Shown: piece after piece, positions 10,763 to 20,677 of the stretch
How the letters are laid out: each line of letters opens with the position of its first letter
Numbering within the stretch: the first letter of the stretch is position 1
Assembly (NCBI GenBank): GCA_963674865.2
Contig: CAXXYE010000007.1
Span: forward strand, 96,001 to 160,000
Length of the DNA stretch: 64,000 nt
Source of the DNA: Candidatus Hydrogenedentota bacterium
GTDB taxonomy: Bacteria > Hydrogenedentota > Hydrogenedentia > Hydrogenedentales > SLHB01
Reading direction: 5' to 3'
The notes under the pieces: generated by a model
Database searches by the model: none
What the model saw: only the letters and a program-made list of their open reading frames with translations
What the model was told of the DNA's origin: nothing
Position numbers and translations under genes: made by a program

Positions 10763-13009
10763 ATGAAGGGGCTAGCCACGTTGGCCATGGTGGGCCTATG
10801 TCTATCGCTGGTTGCCGGCGGGTGTGTCACCCGCGGCGGGGAGGGTGCTATGGCCACCTTGTACGTGTCGCCCGAGGGCAATGACGCCTGGACGGGCGCG
10901 CTCGCGGCGCCGAACGAGGACGGCACGGACGGCCCCGTGGCCTCCTTGCAGCGAGCACAAGCCCGGGCGCGCGCCCTCAAGGCATCGACAACGCGCGACG
11001 AAGGAGTGAGCGTGCTCGTGCGCGAAGGCACGTACTATCTCACGGAGCCTCTCCTATTCGGCCCGGAGGACAGCGGCGCGCCAGGGCGGCCGACGATATA
11101 CCGGGCCTATCCAGGTGAACGGGCTAGACTCGTGGGCGGCGTCTCCGCCACTGACTTCGTTCCTCATGAGGGAGAAATCCTGCGCTGCGAGACGTCTTCC
11201 TTGGCTTCGGGCCAGGCGTTCACCCAGTTGTTCTGCCGCGGCGAACGCCAACCTCTGGCGCGCTGGCCCAACAAGAACGCCCAGGGCCTTCCGGGAGGGA
11301 CATGGGCCTACGTGGCCTCCCAAGTTGAGGATGATCCCAAGCGCGCTTTCTTCTATTACGGCGACCGCCCCCGCCAATGGAGGAGGATGGCCGGCTGCCA
11401 GGTTTCCATCTGGCCGAATTACAACTGGTGGCAGACTATCGAGGAGGTTGCCTCAGCGGACGTCGAACGCCGGATTGTGACGCTGAAGAAAGAGCTGCCC
11501 TACACCATCGAGCCCGGCCGCCGCTACTTCTTTCAGAACCTGCTCGAGGAGCTGGACGCGCCCGGCGAATGGTATTTTGATCGCGGCGCGGGCGTGCTCT
11601 ATTTCTGGCCCCCCTGCCCGTTGGCGCCTGGGGATGTGACACTGCCGATACTCGATAGCGCCGTGATGCTGTCGGGCGTGCAGGAGTTTGTCCTGCGCGG
11701 ATTCATCATCGAGGGTGTTAACGGCGACGCCGTGCAGGTGACGGACTCCGAGCGCTGCCTCATCGCCGCGAACACCATCCGGAACACGGGCGGATTCGGG
11801 ATTGCCGTCCGCGAGGGCCGAGAGAACCGCGTCGTGGGCAATGACGTGTACGGGACGGGACGCGGCGGCATTGTGCTGTCCGGGGGGGATCGGAAGACGC
11901 TCACCGCCGCGGGACACGAAGCGGTGAACAACCACATTCACGACTTCGGCCAGCTTTACCAGACGTACCAAACGGGCGTCAATGTGTCTGGCGTCGGCAA
12001 TCGCGTGGCGCACAACCTGATCCACGACGCGCCTCACATCGGCATCCTGCTGGGCGGCAACGAGCACGTACTCGAGTTCAATGAGATCCACCATGTTTGC
12101 ATGGAGGGCGCGGACAACGGCGGCTTCTACATGGGCCGGGACTGGACGCAGCGCGGGAATGTACTTCGGTTCAACGCTTTCCACGACATCTATGGCTTCG
12201 GCCTGTCCCACCTCAGGCCCAACGCCGAGGGGCGTTACACGTATGAGACGCCCCACCAGGCGTGGGGCGTGTATCTCGACGACTGCTCGAGCGGCACGAC
12301 GCTCTTCGGCAACATCTTCTACCGCGTGCCGCTGTGCGGCGTAATGATCGGCGGCGGGCGGGACAACGTGGTCGAGAACAACGTGTTCGTCGACTGCGTG
12401 CCGGCCTTGCACATCGATGATCGCTGGGACTCCTACTGCTGGGATGTGATGTTCGAGCGGCTCGAAGCCATGAACTACCGCGAGCCGCCGTATAGCGAGC
12501 GCTATCCGGAGTTGTTGACCATGGGCGACGATCCGCGTAAGCCCGAGCACAACCGGTTCGTTAGAAACATAGTCTCTTACTCCTACGATGATTTCCGCGG
12601 CCTCAGTTCGACGCGGCGCTCCGAGGGCGCGGCTGTCGTCTACGACTTCGATCAGTTCGATCCGGACACCACCGTCATCGACGAGAACGTCATTCACCAT
12701 TTTGGCCTGCCGCTGCGCGTCCGCTACACGGTGTACGAGCGGAAGGGCGGCGGCACGATCTCGTGGGAGGAATGGCGGGCCAAAGGGTTCGACGCAAAGA
12801 CCATTGTGGGCGATCCCGGATTCGTTGACGCCGAAGCCGATGACTATCGGCTTCGGAAGGGTTCGCCGGCGCTCGCACTAGGCTTCGAGCGGATTCCGTT
12901 CGACAAGATCGGCCTCTACCAGGACGAGTACCGCGCTTCGTGGCCGCCACCGTCCGACGCGCGCCGCGAGGGCGTCGAACGGCGCGTCTATGAGGTGCAG
13001 ATTCCCTGA
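10763..13009 (+). CDS. Right-handed parallel beta-helix protein (secreted/lipoprotein, likely glycan-acting)
   Basis: LYVSPEGND.W.G, LDAPGEWY, repeated N.IH, GVYLDD motifs; signal peptide ending GGC. Confidence 0.85.
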   Translation: MKGLATLAMVGLCLSLVAGGCVTRGGEGAMATLYVSPEGNDAWTGALAAPNEDGTDGPVASLQRAQARARALKASTTRDEGVSVLVREGTYYLTEPLLFGPEDSGAPGRPTIYRAYPGERARLVGGVSATDFVPHEGEILRCETSSLASGQAFTQLFCRGERQPLARWPNKNAQGLPGGTWAYVASQVEDDPKRAFFYYGDRPRQWRRMAGCQVSIWPNYNWWQTIEEVASADVERRIVTLKKELPYTIEPGRRYFFQNLLEELDAPGEWYFDRGAGVLYFWPPCPLAPGDVTLPILDSAVMLSGVQEFVLRGFIIEGVNGDAVQVTDSERCLIAANTIRNTGGFGIAVREGRENRVVGNDVYGTGRGGIVLSGGDRKTLTAAGHEAVNNHIHDFGQLYQTYQTGVNVSGVGNRVAHNLIHDAPHIGILLGGNEHVLEFNEIHHVCMEGADNGGFYMGRDWTQRGNVLRFNAFHDIYGFGLSHLRPNAEGRYTYETPHQAWGVYLDDCSSGTTLFGNIFYRVPLCGVMIGGGRDNVVENNVFVDCVPALHIDDRWDSYCWDVMFERLEAMNYREPPYSERYPELLTMGDDPRKPEHNRFVRNIVSYSYDDFRGLSSTRRSEGAAVVYDFDQFDPDTTVIDENVIHHFGLPLRVRYTVYERKGGGTISWEEWRAKGFDAKTIVGDPGFVDAEADDYRLRKGSPALALGFERIPFDKIGLYQDEYRASWPPPSDARREGVERRVYEVQIP

Positions 13010-13096
13010 GCTCTTGCCCGAGCTTTATGTGATATGGCGAGTGAAATGGCTGTCTTGCTCTGAGTTTGTTGTTGTTTAGCACATGGGAGATGCGAG

Positions 13097-14470
13097 ATGA
13101 GCGATTACGTGTTTGGCGAGCGGAAGATCCCTCTCGATGATTCGTGGGACGTCATTGTCGTTGGCGGAGGCCCGGCGGGGGCGACGGCGGCGACGGCGGC
13201 CGCGCGCGAAGGCGCGCGCACGCTGCTGATCGAGGCGACTGGCGCGCTCGGCGGTATGGGCACCTTGGGCTTGGTGCCGTGGTTCTGCGGCTATCATGAT
13301 CGCGAGAAGATCATCGCCCGCGGACTGGCAGAGCGTATCCTCCATGCGTGCCGCGACGGTATGCCGCATCTGCGCAAGGCTCTCGAAGCGAATCCGCTTG
13401 CCTCACCCGCGATCGATCCGGAACTCCTCAAGCGCATCTACGACGATCTCACGACGGAGGCCGGCGCCGAAGTCCTCTTCCAGACGCAGCTATGCGCCGT
13501 CGAGAAGGACGCCGACGACGTGGTATCCGCGGTGATCGTGGCCAATAAACGCGGCCTGGTTGCCTACAAGGCCCTCGTCTATGTCGACGGCACCGGTGAT
13601 GGCGATCTCGCGACTTGGGCCGGGGCGCCCTTCGAGAAGGGCGATGAAAACGGCGACATGCAGCCCGGCACGCACTGCTTCGCCATCACCAACGTGGACG
13701 AGTACGCCTTGAAAAACGGCCCGCGCGTCCATTTCTTCGATCCGGACAGCCCGATCCACAAGGCCATTCGCTCTGATAAGTATCCCAACATCAAGGAATT
13801 CCATTCGTGCAGCATGCCCATCGGCCCCGGCACCATCAGCTTCAACACCGGGCACGTATACGAGGTGGATAATACCGATCCAGCGAACCTGTCCAAGGCC
13901 CTGAAGCTGGGGCGGAAGATGGCCGCTGAGTACCGCAACGCCTTTGCGGAGTTCCTGCCCGCCTTCGCCAATTCCTTCCTCGTGGCCACGGGCGCCCTCA
14001 TGGGCATCCGCGAGACGCGGCGCATCATGGGCGACTATGTGCTTTGTGCGGACGACTACCGGGCCCGGCGCAGCTTCCCCGACGAGATATGCCGCAACGC
14101 CTACGGCATCGACGTGCACGGCGGCCGCAAACTGGCACTCGGATTCACAAAGATGAGCATAGACGAGGTTCGCAAAGTCATCAGTGAAGGCACGGAGAAT
14201 TACGGGCCGGGGGAGAGCATGGGCGTACCTTATCGCTGCCTGACGCCCAAAGGATTGCGCAATGTGCTCGTTTCCGGCCGGTGCATCTCGACGGATCGCC
14301 CCGCCAACGGAAGCACGCGCATCATGGCCTGCTGTCTTAACACCGGCGAGGCGGCCGGGACTGCCGCCGCCATGGCCGCCGAAGGCGACAAGGATGTCCA
14401 CAGCGTGGATACGGATGCGCTTCGGGCGAAGTTGAAGGAGCACGGCGCGTACCTGCCCGACAACAACTAG
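13097..14470 (+). CDS. FAD-dependent oxidoreductase (FAD_oxidored family)
   Basis: DVIVVGGGPAG..AA..AAR.GA, DGTGDGD, GIRETRRI, VPYRCL.P, GRCIS, GEAAG.AA. Confidence 0.9.
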   Translation: MSDYVFGERKIPLDDSWDVIVVGGGPAGATAATAAAREGARTLLIEATGALGGMGTLGLVPWFCGYHDREKIIARGLAERILHACRDGMPHLRKALEANPLASPAIDPELLKRIYDDLTTEAGAEVLFQTQLCAVEKDADDVVSAVIVANKRGLVAYKALVYVDGTGDGDLATWAGAPFEKGDENGDMQPGTHCFAITNVDEYALKNGPRVHFFDPDSPIHKAIRSDKYPNIKEFHSCSMPIGPGTISFNTGHVYEVDNTDPANLSKALKLGRKMAAEYRNAFAEFLPAFANSFLVATGALMGIRETRRIMGDYVLCADDYRARRSFPDEICRNAYGIDVHGGRKLALGFTKMSIDEVRKVISEGTENYGPGESMGVPYRCLTPKGLRNVLVSGRCISTDRPANGSTRIMACCLNTGEAAGTAAAMAAEGDKDVHSVDTDALRAKLKEHGAYLPDNN

Positions 14471-14507
14471 GTTATAGATCGCCTGTGCGGTGCCAGGGCG
14501 GCCCCGT

Positions 14508-15899
14508 TCAGCGTGGACAGCCTTGGGCGCGCCGCTCGGACATGAGCCGCTCGAGATCCGCCACGACTTCGGGGAATTGGCCCGCGATGTTCTCCGATTC
14601 CCGAGGATCGCTCTCGAGGTCGTAGAGCTGAGTGGCGTCCCGTGGACTTGGCCGCACGGCCTTCCATGAGCCCACGCGAATGGCCTGGCTCAGCTCAAGT
14701 GTCTGCAACTCCCAGTAGAGGTCGGTGTGCTCTTCCTGTGCACGCCCGGCCCGCTCCGCGCCCACCAGCTCGGGCAGGAGGGACAGGCCGTCCACGTCGT
14801 TCGCGCCGGCGGCCCCGGTAAGTTCCGCCAGCGTGGGGAATACGTCCCACGCCGCGCAGACGTGGTTCGACACGCGTCCCGGCGTGATCATGCCCGGCCA
14901 CCAGGCGAGCATAGGCACGCGTATCCCGCCTTCATACAGCGTCCATTTCATCCCTCGCAGCCCTCCCGCGCTGTCGAAGAAGCTTGGGGCGACGCCGCCT
15001 TCACGGTGTGGGCCGTTATCGCTGGTGAACAGCACCAGCGTGTTCTCGGCAAGCCCCTGCTCATCCAGCGCGTCGAGCAGCCGTCCCACATCGCGGTCGA
15101 GGCGGCTTACCATGGCGGCGTAGTTCTTCTGAACCTGTGGCCACGACTCCGCCGTGTAAGGCGCATCGCTCGGGACGGGCAGCGGCCTGCGGCCCCACAA
15201 TGGCCCCAGCGTATCGGCATGCGGGATGGTGTAGGCCAGATACATGAAGAACGGCTGCTCATGCGACGCATTCACCTGCGCCAGCGCTTCCTTCGTGAAG
15301 AGATCGTGCGAGTAGGCCGTCTTTCGCCGCCGCAGGAAATTCCCTCGAACGGGCACGAAGAACCTGTCCCGAAAAAGCAAGCCGGGATAGTAGTTCTGCG
15401 CGTGGAAGGCGCCGAGATAGCCGAACCAGTGATCGAATCCGTGCAGCGTGGGAATTCCGTGGGAGCGCAGATCGCCCACGCCCCATTTGCCCACTCCCGA
15501 GGTGGCGTAGCCGCGTTCGCGGAGGATACTCGCGATCGTGGCCTCACCGGGCGCCAGCGCCCCGCCCGGATATTGCTGCATGCGGCCCCCGACGGAGCGG
15601 TTTCCCGTCAGCAAGGCTGCGCGCGATGGCGCGCACACCGAACTCCCCGCGTAGAATTGCGTGAATCGGAGCCCCTCCGCCGCCATGCGATCGAGAGCGG
15701 GCGTCTCGATGCATTCCTGGCCATAGCAGCCCAAATCGCCATAGCCGAGATCATCGGTGACGATAAGAATGATGTTGGGTGTTGCGGCGTCCGCCTTGGC
15801 GGCCCGAGTGGGCGCGCGCCGCACATACTTCAGTGTGAATCCCGCGCAGGCCAATCCACCCAACCGGCCGAGCATCTCCCGTCGCGTCAACTCCCGCAT
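14508..15899 (-). CDS. Arylsulfatase (Cys-type), Tat-like signal
   Basis: [48 protein letters not shown]. Confidence 0.93.
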   Translation of the reverse strand: MRELTRREMLGRLGGLACAGFTLKYVRRAPTRAAKADAATPNIILIVTDDLGYGDLGCYGQECIETPALDRMAAEGLRFTQFYAGSSVCAPSRAALLTGNRSVGGRMQQYPGGALAPGEATIASILRERGYATSGVGKWGVGDLRSHGIPTLHGFDHWFGYLGAFHAQNYYPGLLFRDRFFVPVRGNFLRRRKTAYSHDLFTKEALAQVNASHEQPFFMYLAYTIPHADTLGPLWGRRPLPVPSDAPYTAESWPQVQKNYAAMVSRLDRDVGRLLDALDEQGLAENTLVLFTSDNGPHREGGVAPSFFDSAGGLRGMKWTLYEGGIRVPMLAWWPGMITPGRVSNHVCAAWDVFPTLAELTGAAGANDVDGLSLLPELVGAERAGRAQEEHTDLYWELQTLELSQAIRVGSWKAVRPSPRDATQLYDLESDPRESENIAGQFPEVVADLERLMSERRAQGCPR

Positions 15900-16087
15900 G
15901 CCGCCTCCGCTGCACCTTCCGCCGCCGTATTCACGCCGAGAGCATACCATACTGCCTTGCGGTTGTGGGCCATGCCGACGGAGCGGGCGCCGGGCCGCTG
16001 CGACTTTCGCGCGCAGGGCGACTTGATGACTACTACGGCCGTGGAAGAGAATAGGCAGACTCGGGGTATTTCAAGGAGGTAGGTTCG

Positions 16088-16744
16088 GTGGGCTCGGACT
16101 CGGGGAGGCGAAGCTTGGCGGTAGTCGGCGTTCTGATTGCCGTGCTTGGGCCGCTTCTTGCCATGGCGATCTCGCGCATGCTCGGTTTGTCCAGGCTACT
16201 CACCTTCCCCATGCTCCTGGGATTGCCCACAGCCGGCCTGCTCGCCGGCTACGCATACCAGAAGCTCCGCGGTGAGCGGAAGGGGGGCGCTGTGCTGCTC
16301 GATTGCGGCGCGAATCCGTCCGCTTTCACCGATCTCTTCGTCGGCGTGCTGCTGCTCCTGGGCGACGCGGCCCTGATATGCCTCGCACTCCCCATGTGGC
16401 GTTCCCTGAGGGCCGCCGCCGAAGAGCACGCCGAATCCCTGCCATCTCCCTCGCTGATTCTAATATGTACGAGTCTGCTCGCTGTGTACTTCCTTGCGTT
16501 TGCCCTGTGGATGATCGCCTCCGGCCTCGGGCGCCTTCAGATATGCGAACGCGGCATTTGGACATATCGCCGGCTCATCAGGTGGGAAGACATCCGCTGC
16601 TGCACGTGGCACTCGCATTTCACCCTCCTCATCTACACCACCAGCAAGTCCTTCTTCTTTCGCAGAGTCATGATTACTTCGCCGCAGCGCTGCAAGGAGG
16701 AAGCCGACGCGCTTCTCAGGCGCCACACCGAAGTCGTCCCGTGA
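16088..16744 (+). CDS. Hypothetical membrane protein
   Basis: AAGGAGG RBS; 4 TM segments followed by an ERGI..IRWEDI soluble tail. Confidence 0.65.
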   Translation: MGSDSGRRSLAVVGVLIAVLGPLLAMAISRMLGLSRLLTFPMLLGLPTAGLLAGYAYQKLRGERKGGAVLLDCGANPSAFTDLFVGVLLLLGDAALICLALPMWRSLRAAAEEHAESLPSPSLILICTSLLAVYFLAFALWMIASGLGRLQICERGIWTYRRLIRWEDIRCCTWHSHFTLLIYTTSKSFFFRRVMITSPQRCKEEADALLRRHTEVVP

Positions 16745-16840
16745 TGCCTGCCGGTGTGCAACCCTCGCGGCGGGTGGCGTATTCTTTTCTGAGGCGCCCT
16801 GCATTCAGAGTCTCGAGTCGAGCGCCGAAGGAGTGATGCT

Positions 16841-17752
16841 ATGGCCGTGATGCACAGCCTCTACCGCGAAGGCGGCGTTGTCGCCGTTGATGAAAGCACC
16901 TGCACGCGATGCGGCCAGTGCGCCGCCATATGCCCGGCCGAAGTACTGGCCTTGGAGGACGGGCGCATCCGCGTGCGTGATGACACGCCCTTCGGCTGCA
17001 TCGCCTGCGGCCACTGCATGATGACGTGCCCGGAGGGGAGCATTACCGTCACGGGGCGCGGCCTGTCGGCCGATGACTTATTGCCCCTTCCGCCGCGTGA
17101 AGAAAGGGCGTCCGCGGACGCCCTCGCCGCGCTGATGACGGCCCGCCGCAGCGTCCGCCATTTCACCGATGAAGAGGTGGCGCCCGAGTTGCTCGAGCGC
17201 GTCGTCGCGATGGCCGCATCCGCCCCGATGGGCATACCGCCGTGGGACATCGGCTGCGTCATCATCCGGGGCCGCGAGAAGGTGCAGGAGCTGGCCGCCG
17301 AACTCATCAAAGGCTACGAGGGATTCCTCAAGATGTTCAGGCCGTGGATGCTCGCCCTGATGCGCCCATTCATCGGCCGCTCCACCTACGATCAGTTCAG
17401 GCATTTCCTCCGGCCCCTCGCGGAAACCTACGTCAACGGCCGGCGCGAAGGCCGCGACCTCCTCTTCTATGATGCGCCCGCGGTGATCATTCTCCACCAT
17501 TCGCCCTACGCCGATCCCGTGGACGCCGCCATCGCCTGCACCTACGCCATGCTCGCCGCCGAATCGCTGGGCCTGGGCAACACCATCATCGGCGGCGCGC
17601 CGCCTATCTTGCAGCGCAACAAGGCCTTGTGCCGGAAGCTCGGCGTGCCCGAGGGCAACACCCCCTGCTGCGCCTTGATACTCGGCCACCCGCGCACCGC
17701 CTTCAAGCGCGCCATCCGCCGCCACTTCACCAGCGCCACTACCACCGAGTGA
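16841..17752 (+). CDS. Nitroreductase family protein with N-terminal 4Fe-4S dicluster
   Basis: CTRCGQCAAICP and CIACGHCMMTCP; RRSVRHF; LAAESLGLG. Confidence 0.93.
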   Translation: MAVMHSLYREGGVVAVDESTCTRCGQCAAICPAEVLALEDGRIRVRDDTPFGCIACGHCMMTCPEGSITVTGRGLSADDLLPLPPREERASADALAALMTARRSVRHFTDEEVAPELLERVVAMAASAPMGIPPWDIGCVIIRGREKVQELAAELIKGYEGFLKMFRPWMLALMRPFIGRSTYDQFRHFLRPLAETYVNGRREGRDLLFYDAPAVIILHHSPYADPVDAAIACTYAMLAAESLGLGNTIIGGAPPILQRNKALCRKLGVPEGNTPCCALILGHPRTAFKRAIRRHFTSATTTE

Positions 17753-17839
17753 AGATGGGGGAGAGGCCATATCCCTCACGCGTTCTCGCCGGTACGAGGC
17801 AGTCCGCCCGACAAGAGGCACAAGCCGTTCAAGATCGGT

Positions 17840-17924
17840 GAAAAACGGGGACTGACGCAAGCGAAGCGAAGCGCAGACGTGTCTGTCCCTGTTCTTCAAT
17901 TCTGTGAATCTTGTTAATCCTGTC
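17840..17924. repeat. REP-like inverted repeat plus 3 x 9-bp tandem repeat
   Basis: gaaaaacggggactgac...gtctgtccctgttcttc imperfect hairpin, then aattctgtg/aatcttgtt/aatcctgtc. Confidence 0.55.
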
Positions 17925-18207
17925 CAAGAAGAGGATTCCCTCTCTTCCTCACGCCCATGGTGATTGAGAAGCGCGCAGCCCGCGCCCTCGACACGCTCGT
18001 CCACAACATCACCATGCTTGCGCAGTAGAGAGAACCGGGCGGAGCGTAAAGGCCAAGGTGCGGGAAACTGGCGACACGTGGCGATTCGAGACGCCACAAC
18101 GCCTTTGCCTGGCGTACTGCCGTGGCGTATGCTGGATGACGCACATGAGGTGAGGTGCGTTAGGAGGTAGCGGCGGAGTTGCCGCTGAAGCGTAGAGGGG
18201 AGCGGTG

Positions 18208-18738
18208 ATGGCGGAGAATGCCGAAGGCGACGCCCTGTGGAATGAGGCGATGGAGATCCGCCGGCGGTTCAAGGAACTCCACGGCAAGGATGATGAAGAA
18301 TCGCGCCGCGAGCGGGCACGCCTTGAGCAAAGGTATCGGGAGATCGATCGCCTGATGGCGAAGCCGCGCCCGGCGCCGGCGCCGCCGAAGACAACGCGGA
18401 CGCTCGGAGAACAGGATGCCAACGCCATCTGTCATGCCATCGACGAGGCATCCGGCATTACGAACCTGGGCACGGCCTACGCTACACAGGCGACGAACTT
18501 CATCGCCGCGTTGAACGCGAAGGATGTGCGTTCCCTTGGAGACGCGCTCCACGGACTCACCACGATTCCCGACGTCCATTTCGACGAGTTGCTGATTCAG
18601 TTCATCGTCGAGGCCGGTGTTCCGGCAGAGGACCTTCGGGCCCGGATACCGGCCATTGCGCCTGAGTGCAAAATCACGCGCGCGCGAACGCCTGCCATAC
18701 TCGAAGCCGCCGCCAAGCAGATTGAAGCCGGCGCGTAG
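18208..18738 (+). CDS. Hypothetical protein (orphan, helical)
   Basis: GGGGAG RBS, 176 codons, plausible composition, no recognisable motif. Confidence 0.6.
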   Translation: MAENAEGDALWNEAMEIRRRFKELHGKDDEESRRERARLEQRYREIDRLMAKPRPAPAPPKTTRTLGEQDANAICHAIDEASGITNLGTAYATQATNFIAALNAKDVRSLGDALHGLTTIPDVHFDELLIQFIVEAGVPAEDLRARIPAIAPECKITRARTPAILEAAAKQIEAGA

Positions 18739-18752
18739 AAGGCAACCATTTC

Positions 18753-18963
18753 CGTCTTTCCCGCGTACGCGGGAATCCAGTTAGGCCGCGAGGTGCGTAA
18801 GCAGTCGCGGCCCGGTCTTTCTGAGCCGCGAGGTGCGTAAGCCGTCGCGGCCCCATCGTTCTTAGGCGTTCTCGGTAGTTCCTCTCTGGATGCCCGCTTT
18901 TCGCGGGCATGACGCTGGGGGCAGAGGCAAAGCCGCAGCATCCGTAAGCATGGTTTGCGGCCC
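18753..18963. repeat. REP-like cluster: one palindrome, two 29-bp hairpin repeats and one degenerate copy
   Basis: ttcccgcgtacgcgggaa palindrome; gccgcgaggtgcgtaagc(a/c)gtcgcggccc at 18785 and 18825; degenerate copy at 18932-18963. Confidence 0.7.
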
Positions 18964-19059
18964 CTATGTAAGGAGTGAGAACCTGGGCTGCGGCGTGTGT
19001 TGATTTCGATGCAGGGAACCTCTATCGTCTTGCAGACTTGCCTGTTAGGAGAAGACTCA

Positions 19060-19929
19060 ATGACTTCCTTGTTTTCCCGTCGCGATTTCTTGGCTCGTAG
19101 TGGAGCGTGCGTGCCCGGCATGGCCTGCCTCTTTTCCGCGGCGGCCGGCGCGGCCGAGGCCGTTAAGGATCACCCCTTCGGCCCTGTGATAGTCGATTTT
19201 CACGTGCATCTCGACAACAGCACCATCGAGGACGTGCTTCAGTTATCGAGCGAGCGGAACGTCAAGTTCGGCATCGTCGAGCATGCCGGCACGAAGGAGA
19301 ATGACTATCCGGTGGTGCTCAGCAATGACGAGGAACTCCGGCGCTATCTCGCCATGCTGGAGGGGAAGCCGGTGTTCAAAGGCATCCAGGCGGAGTGGCC
19401 GGACTGGATGGGATGTTTCTCGCGCGAGGCCCTGGCGCAGTTGGACTATGTGCTGTCGGACACGATGACTTGGCCCGGCAAAGGCGGAAAGCGCCAGAAG
19501 ATGTGGGAGCCCGGCTTCGATGCGGGCGATCCCGGGACGTTTATGGATCGATACGTGGATTGGTACGTCGAGATCATGGAGCGGGAGCCGCTCGATATCC
19601 TGGCCAATGTCTCCTGGCTGCCCAAGCCGTTTGCCGCCGACTATGACGCCCTGTGGACGGAGAAGCGCGTGGGCAGAGTCGTCGACACGGCGCTGAAGCA
19701 CGGAATCGCCATCGAGATCAGCTCCGGATTCAAGCTGCCCTCGCTCGCTTTCCTAGAGCAGGCTAAGGCCGCGGGGCTCAAGTTCGCTTTCGGCACGAAC
19801 GGCCGGTATCCAAAGATGGGATTGCTCGACTACTCGCTCAACATGGCTCGTGATCTAGGACTCACTCAACAGGATCTCTTCACGCCCGCGCCGGACGGGC
19901 AGAAGGCCGTGCAGCGAAGGATGGGTTGA
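19060..19929 (+). CDS. PHP-fold metallohydrolase-like protein with Tat signal
   Basis: SRRDFL; DFHVH, IVEH, AIEIS, FGTN motifs. Confidence 0.7.
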   Translation: MTSLFSRRDFLARSGACVPGMACLFSAAAGAAEAVKDHPFGPVIVDFHVHLDNSTIEDVLQLSSERNVKFGIVEHAGTKENDYPVVLSNDEELRRYLAMLEGKPVFKGIQAEWPDWMGCFSREALAQLDYVLSDTMTWPGKGGKRQKMWEPGFDAGDPGTFMDRYVDWYVEIMEREPLDILANVSWLPKPFAADYDALWTEKRVGRVVDTALKHGIAIEISSGFKLPSLAFLEQAKAAGLKFAFGTNGRYPKMGLLDYSLNMARDLGLTQQDLFTPAPDGQKAVQRRMG

Positions 19930-19936
19930 ATCCCTT

Positions 19937-20677
19937 ATGCGCACGAAAGCGACTTCAGCGGGCAGGCACCGGCCTCAGGGACTCACGATACTGCACGAAG
20001 ATCGGGATATCCTGGTGGTGGACAAGGCTCCCGGCCTCTTGACGATGGGCACCGACAAGGAGAAGACAAGAACGGCCTACTACCGGCTGACGGATTACAT
20101 TCGAAAGGGCTACGCCAAGTCCCGAAAGCGCATTTTCATCGTCCACCGCCTGGATCGAGAGGCCTCCGGGATTCTCGTCTTCGCAAAGACCGCTGCGGCC
20201 AAGACCTCTCTGCAAAACCAGTGGGAGGACGTGGAGAAGAAGTATCTCGCGGTTGTTCATGGCAGGCTCAAAGACAAGACAGGGACTATCTCAACCTACC
20301 TGACGGAAAACCGCGCGCACGTAGTGTACTCCACGCCCGATCCCAAGAAGGGAAAGCTCTCGCACACGGAGTATAGTGTCCTGAAAGAGACGAGGGCGTT
20401 TAGTCTGCTGGAGATCGCCTTGTTAACCGGCAGGAAGCATCAGATACGCGTGCACCTTTCTGAAAGCGGCCACCCGATTGTCGGCGATAAGAAGTATGGC
20501 GGCAAGGATCGAGCACACAAACGCCTGGCGCTTCATGCCCAATCGATTTCATTCAAGCACCCTTTCAGCCGCAAGCAAGTTACCTTCGAGTCCTCCGTGC
20601 CCGAGTACTTCGGTAGGCTCGTCGGCGGCACGGGACGAGAAGTCCCCGCGCCTTCTCCGGAAACGCCTTCGATATGA
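19937..20677 (+). CDS. RluA-family pseudouridine synthase
   Basis: VVDKAPGL, VHRLDREASG, TGRKHQIRVH, GHPIVGD, LALHA. Confidence 0.95.
   Translation: MRTKATSAGRHRPQGLTILHEDRDILVVDKAPGLLTMGTDKEKTRTAYYRLTDYIRKGYAKSRKRIFIVHRLDREASGILVFAKTAAAKTSLQNQWEDVEKKYLAVVHGRLKDKTGTISTYLTENRAHVVYSTPDPKKGKLSHTEYSVLKETRAFSLLEIALLTGRKHQIRVHLSESGHPIVGDKKYGGKDRAHKRLALHAQSISFKHPFSRKQVTFESSVPEYFGRLVGGTGREVPAPSPETPSI

Noticed and set aside
17957..18028. 23-codon ORF MVIEKRAARALDTLVHNITMLAQ
   Set aside because: Too short and has no RBS; may be a gene remnant but is unassignable
18785..18853. Two 29-bp palindromic repeats as a mini-CRISPR
   Set aside because: The spacer is only 11 bp, there are two good copies and no cas genes; REP-like fits better
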